Positions 1-10,836 of a stretch of 64,000 bases of DNA are shown piece after piece. The position numbers and the translations under genes were made by a program. Where the stretch lies: NCBI GenBank assembly GCA_965237415.1, contig CBDEFM010000002.1, positions 480,001-544,000 on the forward strand, given 5' to 3'. Source of the stretch: Alphaproteobacteria bacterium. Its GTDB lineage: Bacteria; Pseudomonadota; Alphaproteobacteria; UBA828. Below the pieces are notes generated by a model. That model was given only the letters and a program-made list of their open reading frames with translations, was not told where the DNA came from and searched no databases. Each line of letters begins with the position of its first letter. Positions within the stretch are counted from its first letter, which is position 1.

Positions 1-2
1 GC

Positions 3-581
3 GCCGACGAGAAGGTGATGGCCCACGTCCACGAGGCGCCGGCGATCATGTGGGTGCCGCTCGTCGGGCTTGCCATCGGCGCCATCGTGATCGGCTACCT
101 GATGCTGCCGATGGTGGCGACCGATATCGATTTCTGGGGCACGTCGATCCTCGTCCTGCCCATCCACAACGCGCTGGAGGAGGCGCACCACGTCGACTTC
201 TGGGTCAAGGCGCTGCCGATGGCGGTGGGCGTGCTCGGGATCGGCAGCGCCTTCCTCTTCTATGTGCTGAAGCCGGAGCTGCCGGGTTTGCTCGCCACCC
301 GCGCGCGGCCGGTCTACCTCTTCCTGCTCAACAAGTGGTACTTCGACGAGCTCTACGATTTCCTCTTCGTGCGCTCCGTCAAGTATCTCGGCCACAACCT
401 CTGGAAGCAGGGCGACGGTGCCGTGATCGACGGCATCGGCCCGGATGGCATCGCCGCCGCGACGCTCTCCGTCGCGCGCCGCGCGGTAAAGCTCCAGTCA
501 GGCTATGTCTATCACTACGCCTTCGCGATGCTGCTCGGGCTTGCGGCCATCGTGACTTGGTTTCTGATCGCGGGCAGGTAG
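3..581 (+). CDS. nuoL: NADH-quinone oxidoreductase subunit L (C-terminal part, runs off window start)
   Basis: HEAP, NKWYFDELY and QSGYVYHYA motifs; directly upstream of nuoM; frame open to window edge. Confidence 0.95.
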   Translation, partial: ADEKVMAHVHEAPAIMWVPLVGLAIGAIVIGYLMLPMVATDIDFWGTSILVLPIHNALEEAHHVDFWVKALPMAVGVLGIGSAFLFYVLKPELPGLLATRARPVYLFLLNKWYFDELYDFLFVRSVKYLGHNLWKQGDGAVIDGIGPDGIAAATLSVARRAVKLQSGYVYHYAFAMLLGLAAIVTWFLIAGR

Positions 582-585
582 CGGC

Positions 586-2124
586 ATGACCGACTGGCCG
601 ATCCTGTCCACCGTCACGTTCCTGCCGCTGGTCGGAGTTTTCTTCATCCTGCTGATCCGGGGCGACGAACGGCAGATCGCGGCCAATTCCCGTCACGTGG
701 CGCTCTGGACCTCGGTGGTCACCTTCGCGCTCTCGATCGTGCTCGTCGCCGATTTCGACACCTCGACGGCCGAATTCCAGTTCGTCGAGTTGGTGCCGTG
801 GCTGCCCGAGCACAACATCGGCTACCACATGGGCGTGGACGGGATCTCGATCTTCTTCCTGATCCTCACCACGTTCCTGATCCCGATCTGCATCCTCGCT
901 TCGTGGGAGGCGATCGCGACGCGCGTGCGCGAGTTCATGATCGCTTTCCTGGTCATGGAGACGCTCATCGTCGGTGTCTTCTGCTCCCTCGACTTCGTGA
1001 TGTTCTACATCTTCTTCGAGAGCCAGCTGATCCCGATGTTCCTGATCATCGGCATTTGGGGCGGCGCGCGGCGAGTCTACTCGGCGTTCAAGTTCTTCCT
1101 CTATACGCTGGTGGGCTCGGTGCTGTTCCTGTTGGCGATCCTCTTCATGTACCTCGACGCCGGCACCACCGATATCCCAACGCTCCTCGCCCACGACTTC
1201 GCGCCGGCGGTGCAGACCTGGCTCTGGCTCGCGCTATTCGCCTCCTTCGCCGTCAAGCTGCCGATGTGGCCGTTCCACACCTGGCTCCCTGACGCGCACG
1301 TGGAGGCGCCGACGGCGGGCTCGGTGATCCTCGCCGGTATTCTGCTGAAGATGGGGGGCTACGGCTTCCTCCGCTTCTCGCTGCCCATGCTGCCGGACGC
1401 GAGCGCCTTCTTCGTGCCCTTCATCTATTCGCTGAGCATTGTCGCGATCATCTACACCTCGCTGGTCGCGCTCATGCAGCAGGACATGAAGAAGCTGATC
1501 GCCTATTCCTCGGTCGCCCACATGGGGATCGTCACCATCGGCATCTTCACCTTCACCGGCCAGGGAATCGAAGGCGGCATCATTCAGATGCTGAGCCACG
1601 GCATCGTCTCGGCGGCGCTCTTCCTCTGCGTCGGCGTGGTCTACGACCGCACCCACACCCGCGAGATCGCGGACTATGGCGGACTGGTGCACCGCATGCC
1701 GATCTACGCCTTCGTGCTCATGGTGTTCACGCTGGCTGCGATCGGGCTGCCCGGCACCAGCGGCTTCGTCGGCGAGTTCATGGTGCTGGTGGGCGCCTTC
1801 CAGTCGAACACCTGGGTCGCCATGCTGGCCCTGACCGGCGTGGTCCTGGGCGCCGCCTACATGCTCTGGCTCTACCGGCGCGTGATCTTCGGCGAGCTCA
1901 CCAAGGAGAACCTCAAGTCGATCACCGACCTCAACTGGCGCGAGATGGGCATCTTCGCGCCACTAGTTTCGCTGGCGCTGGTGCTCGGGCTTTATCCGGA
2001 GCCCTTCCTCGATGTCCTCCACGTCTCGGTCGAGAACCTGATCGCGCAGACCAACGGCGCGCCGCCGCTGCCGATTGCCGAGCCTAAGAGCGTGCCGGTG
2101 CCCGCGCTCGCGGCTCTGCAATAG
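586..2124 (+). CDS. nuoM: NADH-quinone oxidoreductase subunit M
   Basis: [32 protein letters not shown] motifs; 512 aa hydrophobic. Confidence 0.97.
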   Translation: MTDWPILSTVTFLPLVGVFFILLIRGDERQIAANSRHVALWTSVVTFALSIVLVADFDTSTAEFQFVELVPWLPEHNIGYHMGVDGISIFFLILTTFLIPICILASWEAIATRVREFMIAFLVMETLIVGVFCSLDFVMFYIFFESQLIPMFLIIGIWGGARRVYSAFKFFLYTLVGSVLFLLAILFMYLDAGTTDIPTLLAHDFAPAVQTWLWLALFASFAVKLPMWPFHTWLPDAHVEAPTAGSVILAGILLKMGGYGFLRFSLPMLPDASAFFVPFIYSLSIVAIIYTSLVALMQQDMKKLIAYSSVAHMGIVTIGIFTFTGQGIEGGIIQMLSHGIVSAALFLCVGVVYDRTHTREIADYGGLVHRMPIYAFVLMVFTLAAIGLPGTSGFVGEFMVLVGAFQSNTWVAMLALTGVVLGAAYMLWLYRRVIFGELTKENLKSITDLNWREMGIFAPLVSLALVLGLYPEPFLDVLHVSVENLIAQTNGAPPLPIAEPKSVPVPALAALQ

Positions 2125-2134
2125 GGGTTTGACG

Positions 2135-3595
2135 ATGCAACCCTTCGTCGAGCCCGACTACCTGCCCGCGCTGCCCGAGCTCTTCCTCGCCGGCGCTTCG
2201 GTCACCCTGCTGATGGCGGGCGTGTTCATCGGCGATCGCTCGACCCGGCTCATGACCTGGCTCGCCTGCGTCGCCATGGCGGTGGCCTTCGTCATGGTGC
2301 TGGTCCTCCCCGACGAGCGGACGACGACCTTCTTCGGCCTTTTCGTGGTCGATCGCTTCGCCGCGTTCATGAAATGCCTGGTGCTGGTCGGCGCAGCGGT
2401 CACGCTCATCATCGGAATCGGCTACGTGCGGCGCGAGGGAATGAACCGCTTCGAGTTCCCGGTGCTGATCGTCTTCGCCACCCTCGGCATGCTGCTGATG
2501 ATTTCGGCGAACGACCTGATCGCGCTCTATGTGGGGCTCGAGCTGCAGAGCCTCTCGCTTTACATCGTCGCCGCGTTCCGCCGCGACTCGGTGCGCTCGA
2601 CCGAGGCGGGGCTCAAGTATTTCGTGCTGGGCGCAATCTCCTCAGGCCTTCTGCTCTACGGCTGCTCCATGGTTTACGGCTTCACCGGCGTGACCGGATT
2701 CGAGGGGATCGCCGAGGCGCTGACCACCACCGTGCCGGGCAACGTGGCGGCCGAGACGGGCGTCCTGATCGGGCTCGTTTTCATCGCCGCGGCACTGGCC
2801 TTCAAGGTCTCGGCGGTGCCCTTCCACATGTGGACGCCGGATGTCTACGAGGGAGCGCCGACTCCGGTCACCGCCTTCTTCGCTGCAGCGCCCAAGGTCG
2901 CCGCCATGGCGCTGCTGCTCAGGGTCTTCCTCGGCCCCTTCCACGAGCTCGCCGGCCAGTGGGACCAGATCGTGATCTTCGTCTCGGTGGCCTCGATGGG
3001 GCTCGGCGCCTTCGCCGCGATCGGCCAGAAGAACATCAAGCGGCTGATGGCCTACAGCTCCATCGGCCATGTCGGCTATGCGCTCGTCGGGCTCTCGGCC
3101 GGCACGCTGGAGGGGATCCGGGGCGTGATCGTCTACATGACGATCTACATGGTAATGACGCTCGGCGGCTTCGCCTGCATCCTCGCCATGCGCCGGCGCG
3201 GCCAGATGGTCGAGGAGATCAGCGACCTCTCCGGCCTCTCCAAGACCAACCCGCCGCTCGCGCTCGCGCTCGCCATCTTCATGTTCTCGATGGCGGGCAT
3301 CCCGCCGCTCGCCGGCTTCTTCGGCAAGCTGTACGTCTTCCTGGCGGCGGTAGACGCGGGGCTTTACGGCCTCGCCATCTTCGGGGTGCTGGCGAGCGTC
3401 GTCGGCGCCTACTACTACATCCGGATCGTCAAGGTGATGTACTTCGACGAGCCGACGGACGGGTTCGACCGCCCGGTCGGCGTGGAGCTTTCCGCCGTGC
3501 TCGCGGGCACGGGCATCATTACGCTTCTCTTCTTCGCCTATCCGGCACCCATCCTGGCCGGGGCGGAAGCCGCCGCCGCGGCGCTCATGCCCTGA
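2135..3595 (+). CDS. nuoN: NADH-quinone oxidoreductase subunit N
   Basis: [29 protein letters not shown] motifs; ATG at 2135 after nuoM stop. Confidence 0.96.
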   Translation: MQPFVEPDYLPALPELFLAGASVTLLMAGVFIGDRSTRLMTWLACVAMAVAFVMVLVLPDERTTTFFGLFVVDRFAAFMKCLVLVGAAVTLIIGIGYVRREGMNRFEFPVLIVFATLGMLLMISANDLIALYVGLELQSLSLYIVAAFRRDSVRSTEAGLKYFVLGAISSGLLLYGCSMVYGFTGVTGFEGIAEALTTTVPGNVAAETGVLIGLVFIAAALAFKVSAVPFHMWTPDVYEGAPTPVTAFFAAAPKVAAMALLLRVFLGPFHELAGQWDQIVIFVSVASMGLGAFAAIGQKNIKRLMAYSSIGHVGYALVGLSAGTLEGIRGVIVYMTIYMVMTLGGFACILAMRRRGQMVEEISDLSGLSKTNPPLALALAIFMFSMAGIPPLAGFFGKLYVFLAAVDAGLYGLAIFGVLASVVGAYYYIRIVKVMYFDEPTDGFDRPVGVELSAVLAGTGIITLLFFAYPAPILAGAEAAAAALMP

Positions 3596-3612
3596 CGACG
3601 AGATCTCTCCTC

Positions 3613-4392
3613 ATGCCGCCGACGGCGCTGCCGCAAGGCTATGCACTGATCGCCCTCGACGAGGCCGGCAGCACCAATGACGAGGCGAAGGACCGCGCGG
3701 TGGCGGGCGCGCCGGAAGGCACGGTCATCTGGGCTCGGCAGCAGCGGGCCGGGCGCGGCCGCCGGGGACGCGCCTGGGTCTCGCCGCCGGGCAATCTCTA
3801 TCTCTCGGTGATCCTCCGCCCCGCTTGCGAGGCACGGAGTGTCGCGCAGCTCTCCTTCGTCGCGGCGCTCGCCGTCCTCGACCTCGTGGATGGGCCTTTG
3901 CCCGGCCGGGCGTGCTGTAAGTGGCCGAACGATATCCTCGTGGACGGCGGCAAGGTCGCCGGTATTCTGTTGGAATCGGCGCTGAGGCCCGAGGGGCGTG
4001 TAGACTGGGTGGTGCTAGGGATCGGCGTGAACCTCGCGAGCCACCCACGGCTCGAGGGGCCCACTCCGCCGACGAGCTTCGTCGACGCCGGCGCCCAACC
4101 GCTCGCGCCGGAGGATGCACTGCCGTCGCTGCTTGCGGCGCTTGCCCGGCGGCGACGGGACTGGGAGACGCAGGGTTTTGCGGCGGTGCGACGTGCGTGG
4201 CTCGCCCGCGCCCACGGACTCGGCGGCCCGGTTACAGTCGCCAACGGTAACCGGCAGTTGGTCGGAATTTTCGAAGGACTCGATGCGGAGGGGGCGCTGG
4301 TGCTGCTGCAGGCAGACTCTGAACGAGTTTCGATCGCAGCCGGCGATGTCTTCTTCGGCGATGCGGAGACGGTGCATGCTGCTCGCGGTTGA
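3613..4392 (+). CDS. birA: Biotin--[acetyl-CoA carboxylase] ligase
   Basis: STNDEA, GRGRRGRAW, KWPND, KVAGIL motifs; conserved position after nuoN. Confidence 0.95.
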   Translation: MPPTALPQGYALIALDEAGSTNDEAKDRAVAGAPEGTVIWARQQRAGRGRRGRAWVSPPGNLYLSVILRPACEARSVAQLSFVAALAVLDLVDGPLPGRACCKWPNDILVDGGKVAGILLESALRPEGRVDWVVLGIGVNLASHPRLEGPTPPTSFVDAGAQPLAPEDALPSLLAALARRRRDWETQGFAAVRRAWLARAHGLGGPVTVANGNRQLVGIFEGLDAEGALVLLQADSERVSIAAGDVFFGDAETVHAARG

Positions 4393-5167
4393 CACCGGCA
4401 ACACCAACACCGTCTTCGCCGTGTTCGACGGCGGCGGGGAAGAGGACGAGGTGCCACTCGGCCAGTGGCGCGCCATGACCGACGCACGGCGCACGAGCGA
4501 CGAATACGCGGTCTGGCTGGGACAACTCCTGGCGCAGGCGGGCCTCAGCCTCGCCGACATCGATCAGGCGATCGTCTCAAGCGTGGTGCCGCAAGGTATC
4601 GGCGCGCTCAAATCGCTCTGCGCCGATCATTGCGGCTGCATGGCGCAGGTCATCGGCGAGCCAGGGGTGGCGCTGGGCATCGACGTCAACGTGCCGCGGC
4701 CGGACGAGGTCGGCGCCGACCGGCTGGTCAATGCGGTCGGCGCGCATGTCCGCCACGCGGGCGCGTTGATCATCCTCGACTTCGGTACCGCGACCACCTT
4801 CGATTCCGTGAGCGCCGAGGGCGCCTACGAGGGCGGCATCATCGCGCCGGGCATTGCGCTCTCGCTGGAGGCGCTGCACCAGGCCGCAGCGCAGCTGCCG
4901 CGCATCGCGGTCAAGCGACCCGAGGCCGTAATTGGACGGGCCACGGTGCCGGCCATGCAATCCGGCATCTATTGGGGCTATGTAGGGCTTATCGAGGGTA
5001 TCGTCGCGCGCATGAAGGCGGAGATCGATGCGCCCGTGACGACAATTGCGACCGGCGGACTGGCCGGCCTCTTCGGCGACGCAACGCCCGTCATCGACGC
5101 GGTCGATCCGGATCTGACGATCCGGGGTCTCCGCGAGGTCCACTGGCGCAACCGGGAGAAACAATGA
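4376..5167 (+). CDS. coaX: Type III pantothenate kinase
   Basis: MLLAVDTGNTN, VGADR, DFGTATT, ATGG motifs. Confidence 0.95.
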   Translation: MLLAVDTGNTNTVFAVFDGGGEEDEVPLGQWRAMTDARRTSDEYAVWLGQLLAQAGLSLADIDQAIVSSVVPQGIGALKSLCADHCGCMAQVIGEPGVALGIDVNVPRPDEVGADRLVNAVGAHVRHAGALIILDFGTATTFDSVSAEGAYEGGIIAPGIALSLEALHQAAAQLPRIAVKRPEAVIGRATVPAMQSGIYWGYVGLIEGIVARMKAEIDAPVTTIATGGLAGLFGDATPVIDAVDPDLTIRGLREVHWRNREKQ

Positions 5168-6849
5168 ACGTGCCCCCGCCGTCGGCAGCACCCAGCGTCC
5201 AGCGCGACGCACTGCACTTCCTGCCCCTCGGCGGGGCAGGGGAGATCGGCATGAACCTCAACCTCTATGCCTGCCAGGGCACGTGGTTGATGGTCGATCT
5301 CGGCATCACCTTCGCGGGCGACACGCTGCCTGGGATCGACGTGATCATGCCGGACCCGGCATTCATCGAGGAGCGAAGGGAGGACCTGCTCGCCATCGTG
5401 CTGACCCATGCACACGAGGATCACTTGGGCGCGGTGGCCTATCTCTGGCCGAGACTCCGCTGCCCTGTGTACGCGACCCCGTTCGCCGCCGCGATCCTGC
5501 GCGAGAAGCTGCTGGACGCGAAGCTGCTCTCGGAAGTGCCGCTCACCGAGGTGGCGCTTTCGAGCCGTCTCGAACTCGGGCCATTCGCGCTCACCTTCAT
5601 TTCGCTCACTCATTCGATCCCGGAGCCCAACGCGCTGCTGATCGAGACGCCTTACGGGCGTGTCATGCACACCGGCGATTGGAAGATCGACCCCGACCCT
5701 CTGGTGGGCGATCCCCTGGATGAGGCTGCATTGCGGCAGGCGGGCGAGGCCGGTGTGCTGGCGCTGGTCGGCGACTCCACCAATGCGACGGTCGAAGGCG
5801 AATCGGGCTCGGAAGGCGAGGTGCGCGAAACGCTCGCGCGCCTGGTCGCCGAACGCGAGAACGGCCTGGCCGTGACCCTCTTTGCCTCCAACGTCGCCCG
5901 GCTGGAATCGGTCGCGCTTGCTGCGCGGGACGCGGGGCGGGAGCCGGTGCTCGTCGGGCGCTCGCTGCATCGCTATGTGCGCGCGGCGCGCGCGTGCGGC
6001 TATCTCGAAGACGTCCGGTTGCTCACCGAGGACGAGGGCGCGCAGCTTCACAACAGCCAGGTGCTCTATCTCTGCACCGGCTGCCAGGGCGAGCCGCGCG
6101 CCGCGATGGCCAGGATCGCCAGCGACAGTCATCCGCGCGTAAGCCTTTTCGACGGCGATACGGTGATCTTCTCGTCGAAGATCATTCCCGGGAACGAGCG
6201 GACCATCGCCGATCTTCACAACAGGCTGTTGCGGCGGGGCATCGAGGTCATCACGGAGAAGGACGCGGGCGTCCACGTCTCAGGCCACCCGTGCCGGGGC
6301 GAGCTGCGCCAGATGTACCAGTGGATCCGGCCGCAGATCGCGGTGCCGGTGCATGGCGAGGCACGTCACATGCAGGCCCACGGCGCGCTGGCCCGCGCGC
6401 TCCAGGTGCCGGAGCCGGTCTTCGTTGAGAACGGCGACCTGTTGCGGCTTGCGCCGGGACCGGCTGCGGTAATCGGCCGCGCGCCGGCCGGCCGGCTCGC
6501 GCTGGATGGCGAGAATATCGTCGCGACCGACCACGTCTCGATCGGTGCGCGACGCAAGTTGATGCACAATGGAGCGATTTTCGTCTCGGTCGTTGTCGAC
6601 CGTAGCGGACGGACCCTCGTGTCGCCCCTCGTTTCGGGCCGAGGAATCCTGGACGCGGACGATCAGCAGGCGGCGCGGGAGGCGATTGCGGCGGACGTGG
6701 CAGACGCGGTGGATTCGCTGACGCGGGCGCAGGCGCGCGACGCGAGCGCGATCGAGGAGGCGGCGCGGCGTGCTATCCGGCGCGCGCTGCGCGAGAGCCA
6801 CGGCAAGCGCCCGGTAATCGACGTACAGATCGCGCGCGTGCCGGGATGA
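5164..6849 (+). CDS. rnj: Ribonuclease J
   Basis: PLGGAGEIGMN, THAHEDH, HTGDWK, HVSGH, PVHGE (MBL/beta-CASP motifs). Confidence 0.95.
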   Translation: MNVPPPSAAPSVQRDALHFLPLGGAGEIGMNLNLYACQGTWLMVDLGITFAGDTLPGIDVIMPDPAFIEERREDLLAIVLTHAHEDHLGAVAYLWPRLRCPVYATPFAAAILREKLLDAKLLSEVPLTEVALSSRLELGPFALTFISLTHSIPEPNALLIETPYGRVMHTGDWKIDPDPLVGDPLDEAALRQAGEAGVLALVGDSTNATVEGESGSEGEVRETLARLVAERENGLAVTLFASNVARLESVALAARDAGREPVLVGRSLHRYVRAARACGYLEDVRLLTEDEGAQLHNSQVLYLCTGCQGEPRAAMARIASDSHPRVSLFDGDTVIFSSKIIPGNERTIADLHNRLLRRGIEVITEKDAGVHVSGHPCRGELRQMYQWIRPQIAVPVHGEARHMQAHGALARALQVPEPVFVENGDLLRLAPGPAAVIGRAPAGRLALDGENIVATDHVSIGARRKLMHNGAIFVSVVVDRSGRTLVSPLVSGRGILDADDQQAAREAIAADVADAVDSLTRAQARDASAIEEAARRAIRRALRESHGKRPVIDVQIARVPG

Positions 6850-6877
6850 GCGGGGAGGCGATGCGATGAGCCGGGCC

Positions 6878-7282
6878 ATGATCGGACGCTTGAACCATGT
6901 CGCCATCGCCGTGCCGGACCTCGCGGCGGCGACCACGCTCTATCGCGGGACCCTGGGCGCGACCGTCTCGGAAGCGCTCGACCTGCCGGAGCACGGGGTC
7001 ACGACGGTTTTCGTCACGCTGCCGAACACCAAGCTGGAACTCCTGCACCCGCTCGGCGAGGGCTCGCCCATCACGGGCTTTCTTGCCAAGAGTCCGGTAG
7101 GCGGCATCCACCATCTCTGTTACGAGGTCGACGACATCCATGCAGCGCGCGATCGCCTCGTCGCCGAGGGCGCGCGGGTGCTTGGCGACGGCGAGCCACG
7201 CACGGGCGCCCACGGCAAGCCCGTGATCTTCCTGCATCCCAAGGATTTTTGCGGCACGCTGATCGAGCTGGAGCAGGCGTGA
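6878..7282 (+). CDS. mce: Methylmalonyl-CoA epimerase
   Basis: MIGRLNHVAIAVPD, GGIHH, GAHGKPVIFLHPKDF, TLIELEQ. Confidence 0.95.
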   Translation: MIGRLNHVAIAVPDLAAATTLYRGTLGATVSEALDLPEHGVTTVFVTLPNTKLELLHPLGEGSPITGFLAKSPVGGIHHLCYEVDDIHAARDRLVAEGARVLGDGEPRTGAHGKPVIFLHPKDFCGTLIELEQA

Positions 7283-7292
7283 GGGCGACGCC

Positions 7293-7535
7293 GTGGACGT
7301 CTTCGGTATCATCGTCGTCTTCGTGATTGCCTGGTGGCTCTCCTTCTTCGTCGCGTTGCCGTTCGGGATCAAGGCGATCGAGAACCCGGAGCCGGGCCAC
7401 GCGCCGGGCGCCCCCCAACGCCCGCGACTCTGGCGCAAGGCGGCGATCGCGACCCTGGCCGGCGGCGTGATCACCGGCGCCATCGTCGGCGTCGTCGATG
7501 CCGGGTGGCTCTCGATGGAAACCTTCGCGGAATAG
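7293..7535 (+). CDS. DUF1467 family membrane protein
   Basis: WWLSFFVALPFG...PGAP..P.L..K pattern; conserved position after mce. Confidence 0.85.
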   Translation: MDVFGIIVVFVIAWWLSFFVALPFGIKAIENPEPGHAPGAPQRPRLWRKAAIATLAGGVITGAIVGVVDAGWLSMETFAE

Positions 7536-7552
7536 GCGCGGAGCAAGGCGCC

Positions 7553-8098
7553 GTGACGAGCTATTGCGATATCGCCCCGGGACATCCCTTTCACGGCCCC
7601 TATCACGATCGAGAATACGGCTTTCCGGTGCGGGACGACGACCGCCTGTTCGAGCGTCTCGTGCTGGAGATCAACCAGGCCGGGCTCTCCTGGCTCACGA
7701 TATTGAAGAAACGCGAGGCCTTCTTGGCGGCCTTCGACGGGTTCGAGATCGGGCGGGTTGCGGCTTACGACGACGTGGCGCGGTCACGCCTTCTCGCCGA
7801 TGCGGGCATCATTCGTAACCGTCTCAAGGTCGATGCCGCCATCGAAAACGCGCGGCGTATTCAAGCGTTGCAGGCGTCACATGGCTCCTTCGCCGACTGG
7901 CTCGACGCCCATCATCCCCGGCCCCATGCCGAGTGGGTGAAGCTCTTCAAGGCTCATTTCAAGTTCACAGGAGGCGAGATCTGCCGCGAGTTCCTGCTGT
8001 CCACCGGCTATCTCGAAGGCGCCCACCGGCCGGACTGCCCGGTCTATGCCGAGATCCTGAAGCGGGAACCGCCCTGGCTGCGTTCCTCCAGCGGATAG
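7553..8098 (+). CDS. tag: DNA-3-methyladenine glycosylase I
   Basis: [30 protein letters not shown] motifs; GTG start. Confidence 0.9.
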   Translation: MTSYCDIAPGHPFHGPYHDREYGFPVRDDDRLFERLVLEINQAGLSWLTILKKREAFLAAFDGFEIGRVAAYDDVARSRLLADAGIIRNRLKVDAAIENARRIQALQASHGSFADWLDAHHPRPHAEWVKLFKAHFKFTGGEICREFLLSTGYLEGAHRPDCPVYAEILKREPPWLRSSSG

Positions 8099-8115
8099 CG
8101 CGACCGCGAAGCCAG

Positions 8116-8269
8116 TCAATGGAGGCTGGCGAGGTCCTCCCCGGTCTCTTCCTCGATCCGCTTGCCGAGGATGATCATGCCGAGCACCTGATCCTTTGTG
8201 ACATCCTGCGTTTTCACCGTGTCCACCACCTGCCCGCCGTTGAGCACGGTGATGCGGTCGGAGATCCGC
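8116..8269 (-). pseudogene. C-terminal remnant of a sugar ABC ATP-binding protein (XylG-like)
   Basis: [14 protein letters not shown]...VLGMIILGK matches the C-terminus of sugar ABC ATPases; no Walker A/B part; joined out of frame to the xylF remnant. Confidence 0.75.
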
Positions 8270-9079
8270 GGGCGTTCCCTCCGCAAGGGCGATGGCAACG
8301 TCCACGCCGGCGCGGCCTAGGTCGCGGGCGTTTTTCCACGCGCTCACCGTCTGGTAGCCCTCGGCGATCCGGTTGAGCGCCGCGATGTCGCCGTCCTGCC
8401 CGGAGACCGGAATGTTGCCCGCCAGCCCCTGCGAGGCGAGCGCCGCCACCACGCCGCCGGCGGTGCCGTCGTTGGAGGCGACCACCGCGTCGACGTTGTT
8501 GTTATTGGCGGTCAGGCACTGCTCCATGTTGATCTGCGCGTTCTCGGGCAGCCAGCCGTCGGAATAGAGCTCGCAGACGATCTCGATGTCACCCTTCTCA
8601 ATGTAGGGAGTAAGGATCTCGACCTGTCCGCCCCACACGAATTCGGTGATCTCCATGGTCGGGCTGCCCTTGATGTAGGCGAAGCGACCCTTGTTCACGA
8701 CATCGACCACGCCTCGCGCCTGAATGCGGCCGACCTCGGCATTGTCGAAGCTGAGGTAGAAGATTCCTGGCTCTTCGATCTGGATGTCGTAGCCAACCGT
8801 CGGAAGGGCGTTCACGCCGCGGCTGATCAGCGTCTCGATGTTGGCGCTCTGCTTCTCAGCAGACGCGTTTGCATCCGTGGAGATGTAATCCCAATCGGGA
8901 TACTTCTTGAGCTGATCCAGCATGCAGGCTTCGTCGTACTTCTTCCAGCGCTCCTCGCGGAAGTGCTGTCAGCTCACGCCCAGGAGCTTGTCGGCGGCGA
9001 GGGCCGGGCCGGCCGTCGCCCCGATGATCGCACTGATGCCGAGCGCCAGTGCGCCGGCCGCGAGCGTCGATACCTTCAT
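8270..9079 (-). pseudogene. xylF: D-xylose-type ABC substrate-binding protein (XylF-like), pseudogene
   Basis: Signal peptide MKVSTLAAG..., then [11 protein letters not shown] with in-frame TGA at 8969-8971; [10 protein letters not shown] and VSGQDGD motifs; 3' end truncated. Confidence 0.8.
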
Positions 9080-9199
9080 CTGAAAGATCTCCACTCGTGG
9101 TTGATGTGACTTACGATCGTTCTCGATACTCCGTTCCCTGTCGACCTCCGCCGCGCATGACGATTTCGGAGAACGGTACGCTCGAGGTGTGGTCTGGAC

Positions 9200-10372
9200 C
9201 TAGACGGCGATCTCGCTCACCTTCACCCAGCGCCGCTCGGCGTCGGAAAGGATGCAGGCGTCGATCACGCGCTGGACCTCCGCCGCCCATCTGAAATCGG
9301 GATAGGCCGGCCTTCCGGCGGCAACCGCCTCGATGAGGTCTTGAACCTCCATCACCTTGTAGTCGTTGTAGCCGGCGCCGATACCGGGCACCGGGAAGAA
9401 CGCGGCGTAGCGCGGGTCGGTGGGGCCCATCGAGATGTGCTTGAAACCCCGTGTATCTTGCGCACCTTCCTCCTTGTAGAGCTGCAAATCGTTGATGCGG
9501 TCGTAGAAGTAGCGAAGCGCGCCCTGCGTGCCGGTCAGCTCGTAGCCGATATCCATGCGCTTGCCGAGCGAGACGCGGCTCATCTCCATGTGCCCGGTCA
9601 GGCCGCCCGCGGTCCGAAACATCGCGGTCGCGACGTCGTCCGTATCGACCTGCACCATCTGCCCCGTGCCGCCGGCGTCCTGGCTGAAGCCGCCGTGCTC
9701 CGCCGGTGCCGGGCGTTCCGGAATGACGATCTTGAGATCGCAAACCACCTCCTCGACCGGCTGATCGACGAGGTGCCGCAGATAGGCGAAGCAATGGGCG
9801 CCGATATCGCCGATCACGCCGGAGCCGGCCTTCGCCTTGTCGTTACGCCAGGAGAAGGGGATCTCCGGTCGGCCCAGAAAGTCCGCGCTGAAGGAGCCGC
9901 GGTAGTAACTCGGCTCGCCGATCTCGCCGTCTGCCACCAGCCGGCGGGCGAGAGACTGGACGGGGTTCTTGATGTAGTTGAAGCCGACCATCGTGATGAC
10001 GCCCGCCTTCTCGGCGGCCTCCGCCATCGTGAACGCAGTCTTCGCGTCGTTGGCGAGGGGCTTCTCGCAATAGACGTGCTTGCCGGCAGCGATCGCGGCC
10101 ATTGCGATGTCGAAGTGGAGATCGTTCGGGGTGTTGATGTCGACGATGTCGATGGTCGGATCGTCGACGATCTCCCGCCAGTCCGCCGTATGGCGGCGGA
10201 AGCCGAACTCCCTGGCCGCGCGGCTCGCAATTTCGTCGTTCACATCGGCGAGCACTTCGAGCACGGGAACCGCCGGCCGAGCGCCGAACGCGAGCGGCTG
10301 GGCGCGATAGCACATGGCGTGGGCCTTGCCCATCCAGCCGGCACCCACGAGTCCGATTTTCAGCTCTGGCAT
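9200..10372 (-). CDS. Gfo/Idh/MocA family oxidoreductase (inositol dehydrogenase-like)
   Basis: IGLVGAGWMG, KHVYCEKP, GVIGDIGAH motifs. Confidence 0.9.
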   Translation of the reverse strand: MPELKIGLVGAGWMGKAHAMCYRAQPLAFGARPAVPVLEVLADVNDEIASRAAREFGFRRHTADWREIVDDPTIDIVDINTPNDLHFDIAMAAIAAGKHVYCEKPLANDAKTAFTMAEAAEKAGVITMVGFNYIKNPVQSLARRLVADGEIGEPSYYRGSFSADFLGRPEIPFSWRNDKAKAGSGVIGDIGAHCFAYLRHLVDQPVEEVVCDLKIVIPERPAPAEHGGFSQDAGGTGQMVQVDTDDVATAMFRTAGGLTGHMEMSRVSLGKRMDIGYELTGTQGALRYFYDRINDLQLYKEEGAQDTRGFKHISMGPTDPRYAAFFPVPGIGAGYNDYKVMEVQDLIEAVAAGRPAYPDFRWAAEVQRVIDACILSDAERRWVKVSEIAV

Positions 10373-10836
10373 TCGGTGCTCCAACTCACGATTGATCTTC
10401 CCTGGCCAGCCAATCCGCAGCGAGGGTGGCCTCACGATTGGACGCCGCGCTGCGACTGCCGCGCGACGTCCGTGCATCGCCCCGTATCCTACCAAGCACC
10501 CTGACTCTGTGCCAGATTCGCCGGGCGACGAATCGAGTGATTTCCAGACCAGGGTGGCGCTCACCGTTGCGCTGGGCGTTTCCGCCCGCGCTGGCCGCCG
10601 CTCCGTTGGCCGGATGGCCACACCGCGCGCTTTGAAGACATGCAGCCCAATACATTCGTGACGCTCAGCCGCTGAGGCAGCCCGCGGCCGGCGAATGGGC
10701 GCTGGCCTTGGTACCTGCGATCGGTCACCATATCGCGCAGCTAGGGTCCCGGTAGAGCTGGCGGCAATCGCACGCTTCGGGATTGGGAACGGTGCGCCGC
10801 GGTCTCCGCGCGGCGCCGAAGATGAGGGAGTGACTC

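Noticed and set aside
2374-3612. Long N-terminal extensions of birA (likewise coaX, rnj, ggt, chvG, STAS, phyH in the ORF track)
   Set aside because: GC-rich open-frame artefacts overlapping real upstream genes or the tRNA; starts were trimmed to where homology begins
8969-8971. TGA recoding (Trp or Sec) in xylF
   Set aside because: TGA is a normal stop in many genes here, and the gene carries other inactivating deletions
10385-10440. Direct repeat CTCACGATTG twice, 46 bp apart, upstream of the Gfo/Idh/MocA gene
   Set aside because: Only two 10-mers and no associated regulator gene; cannot be separated from chance
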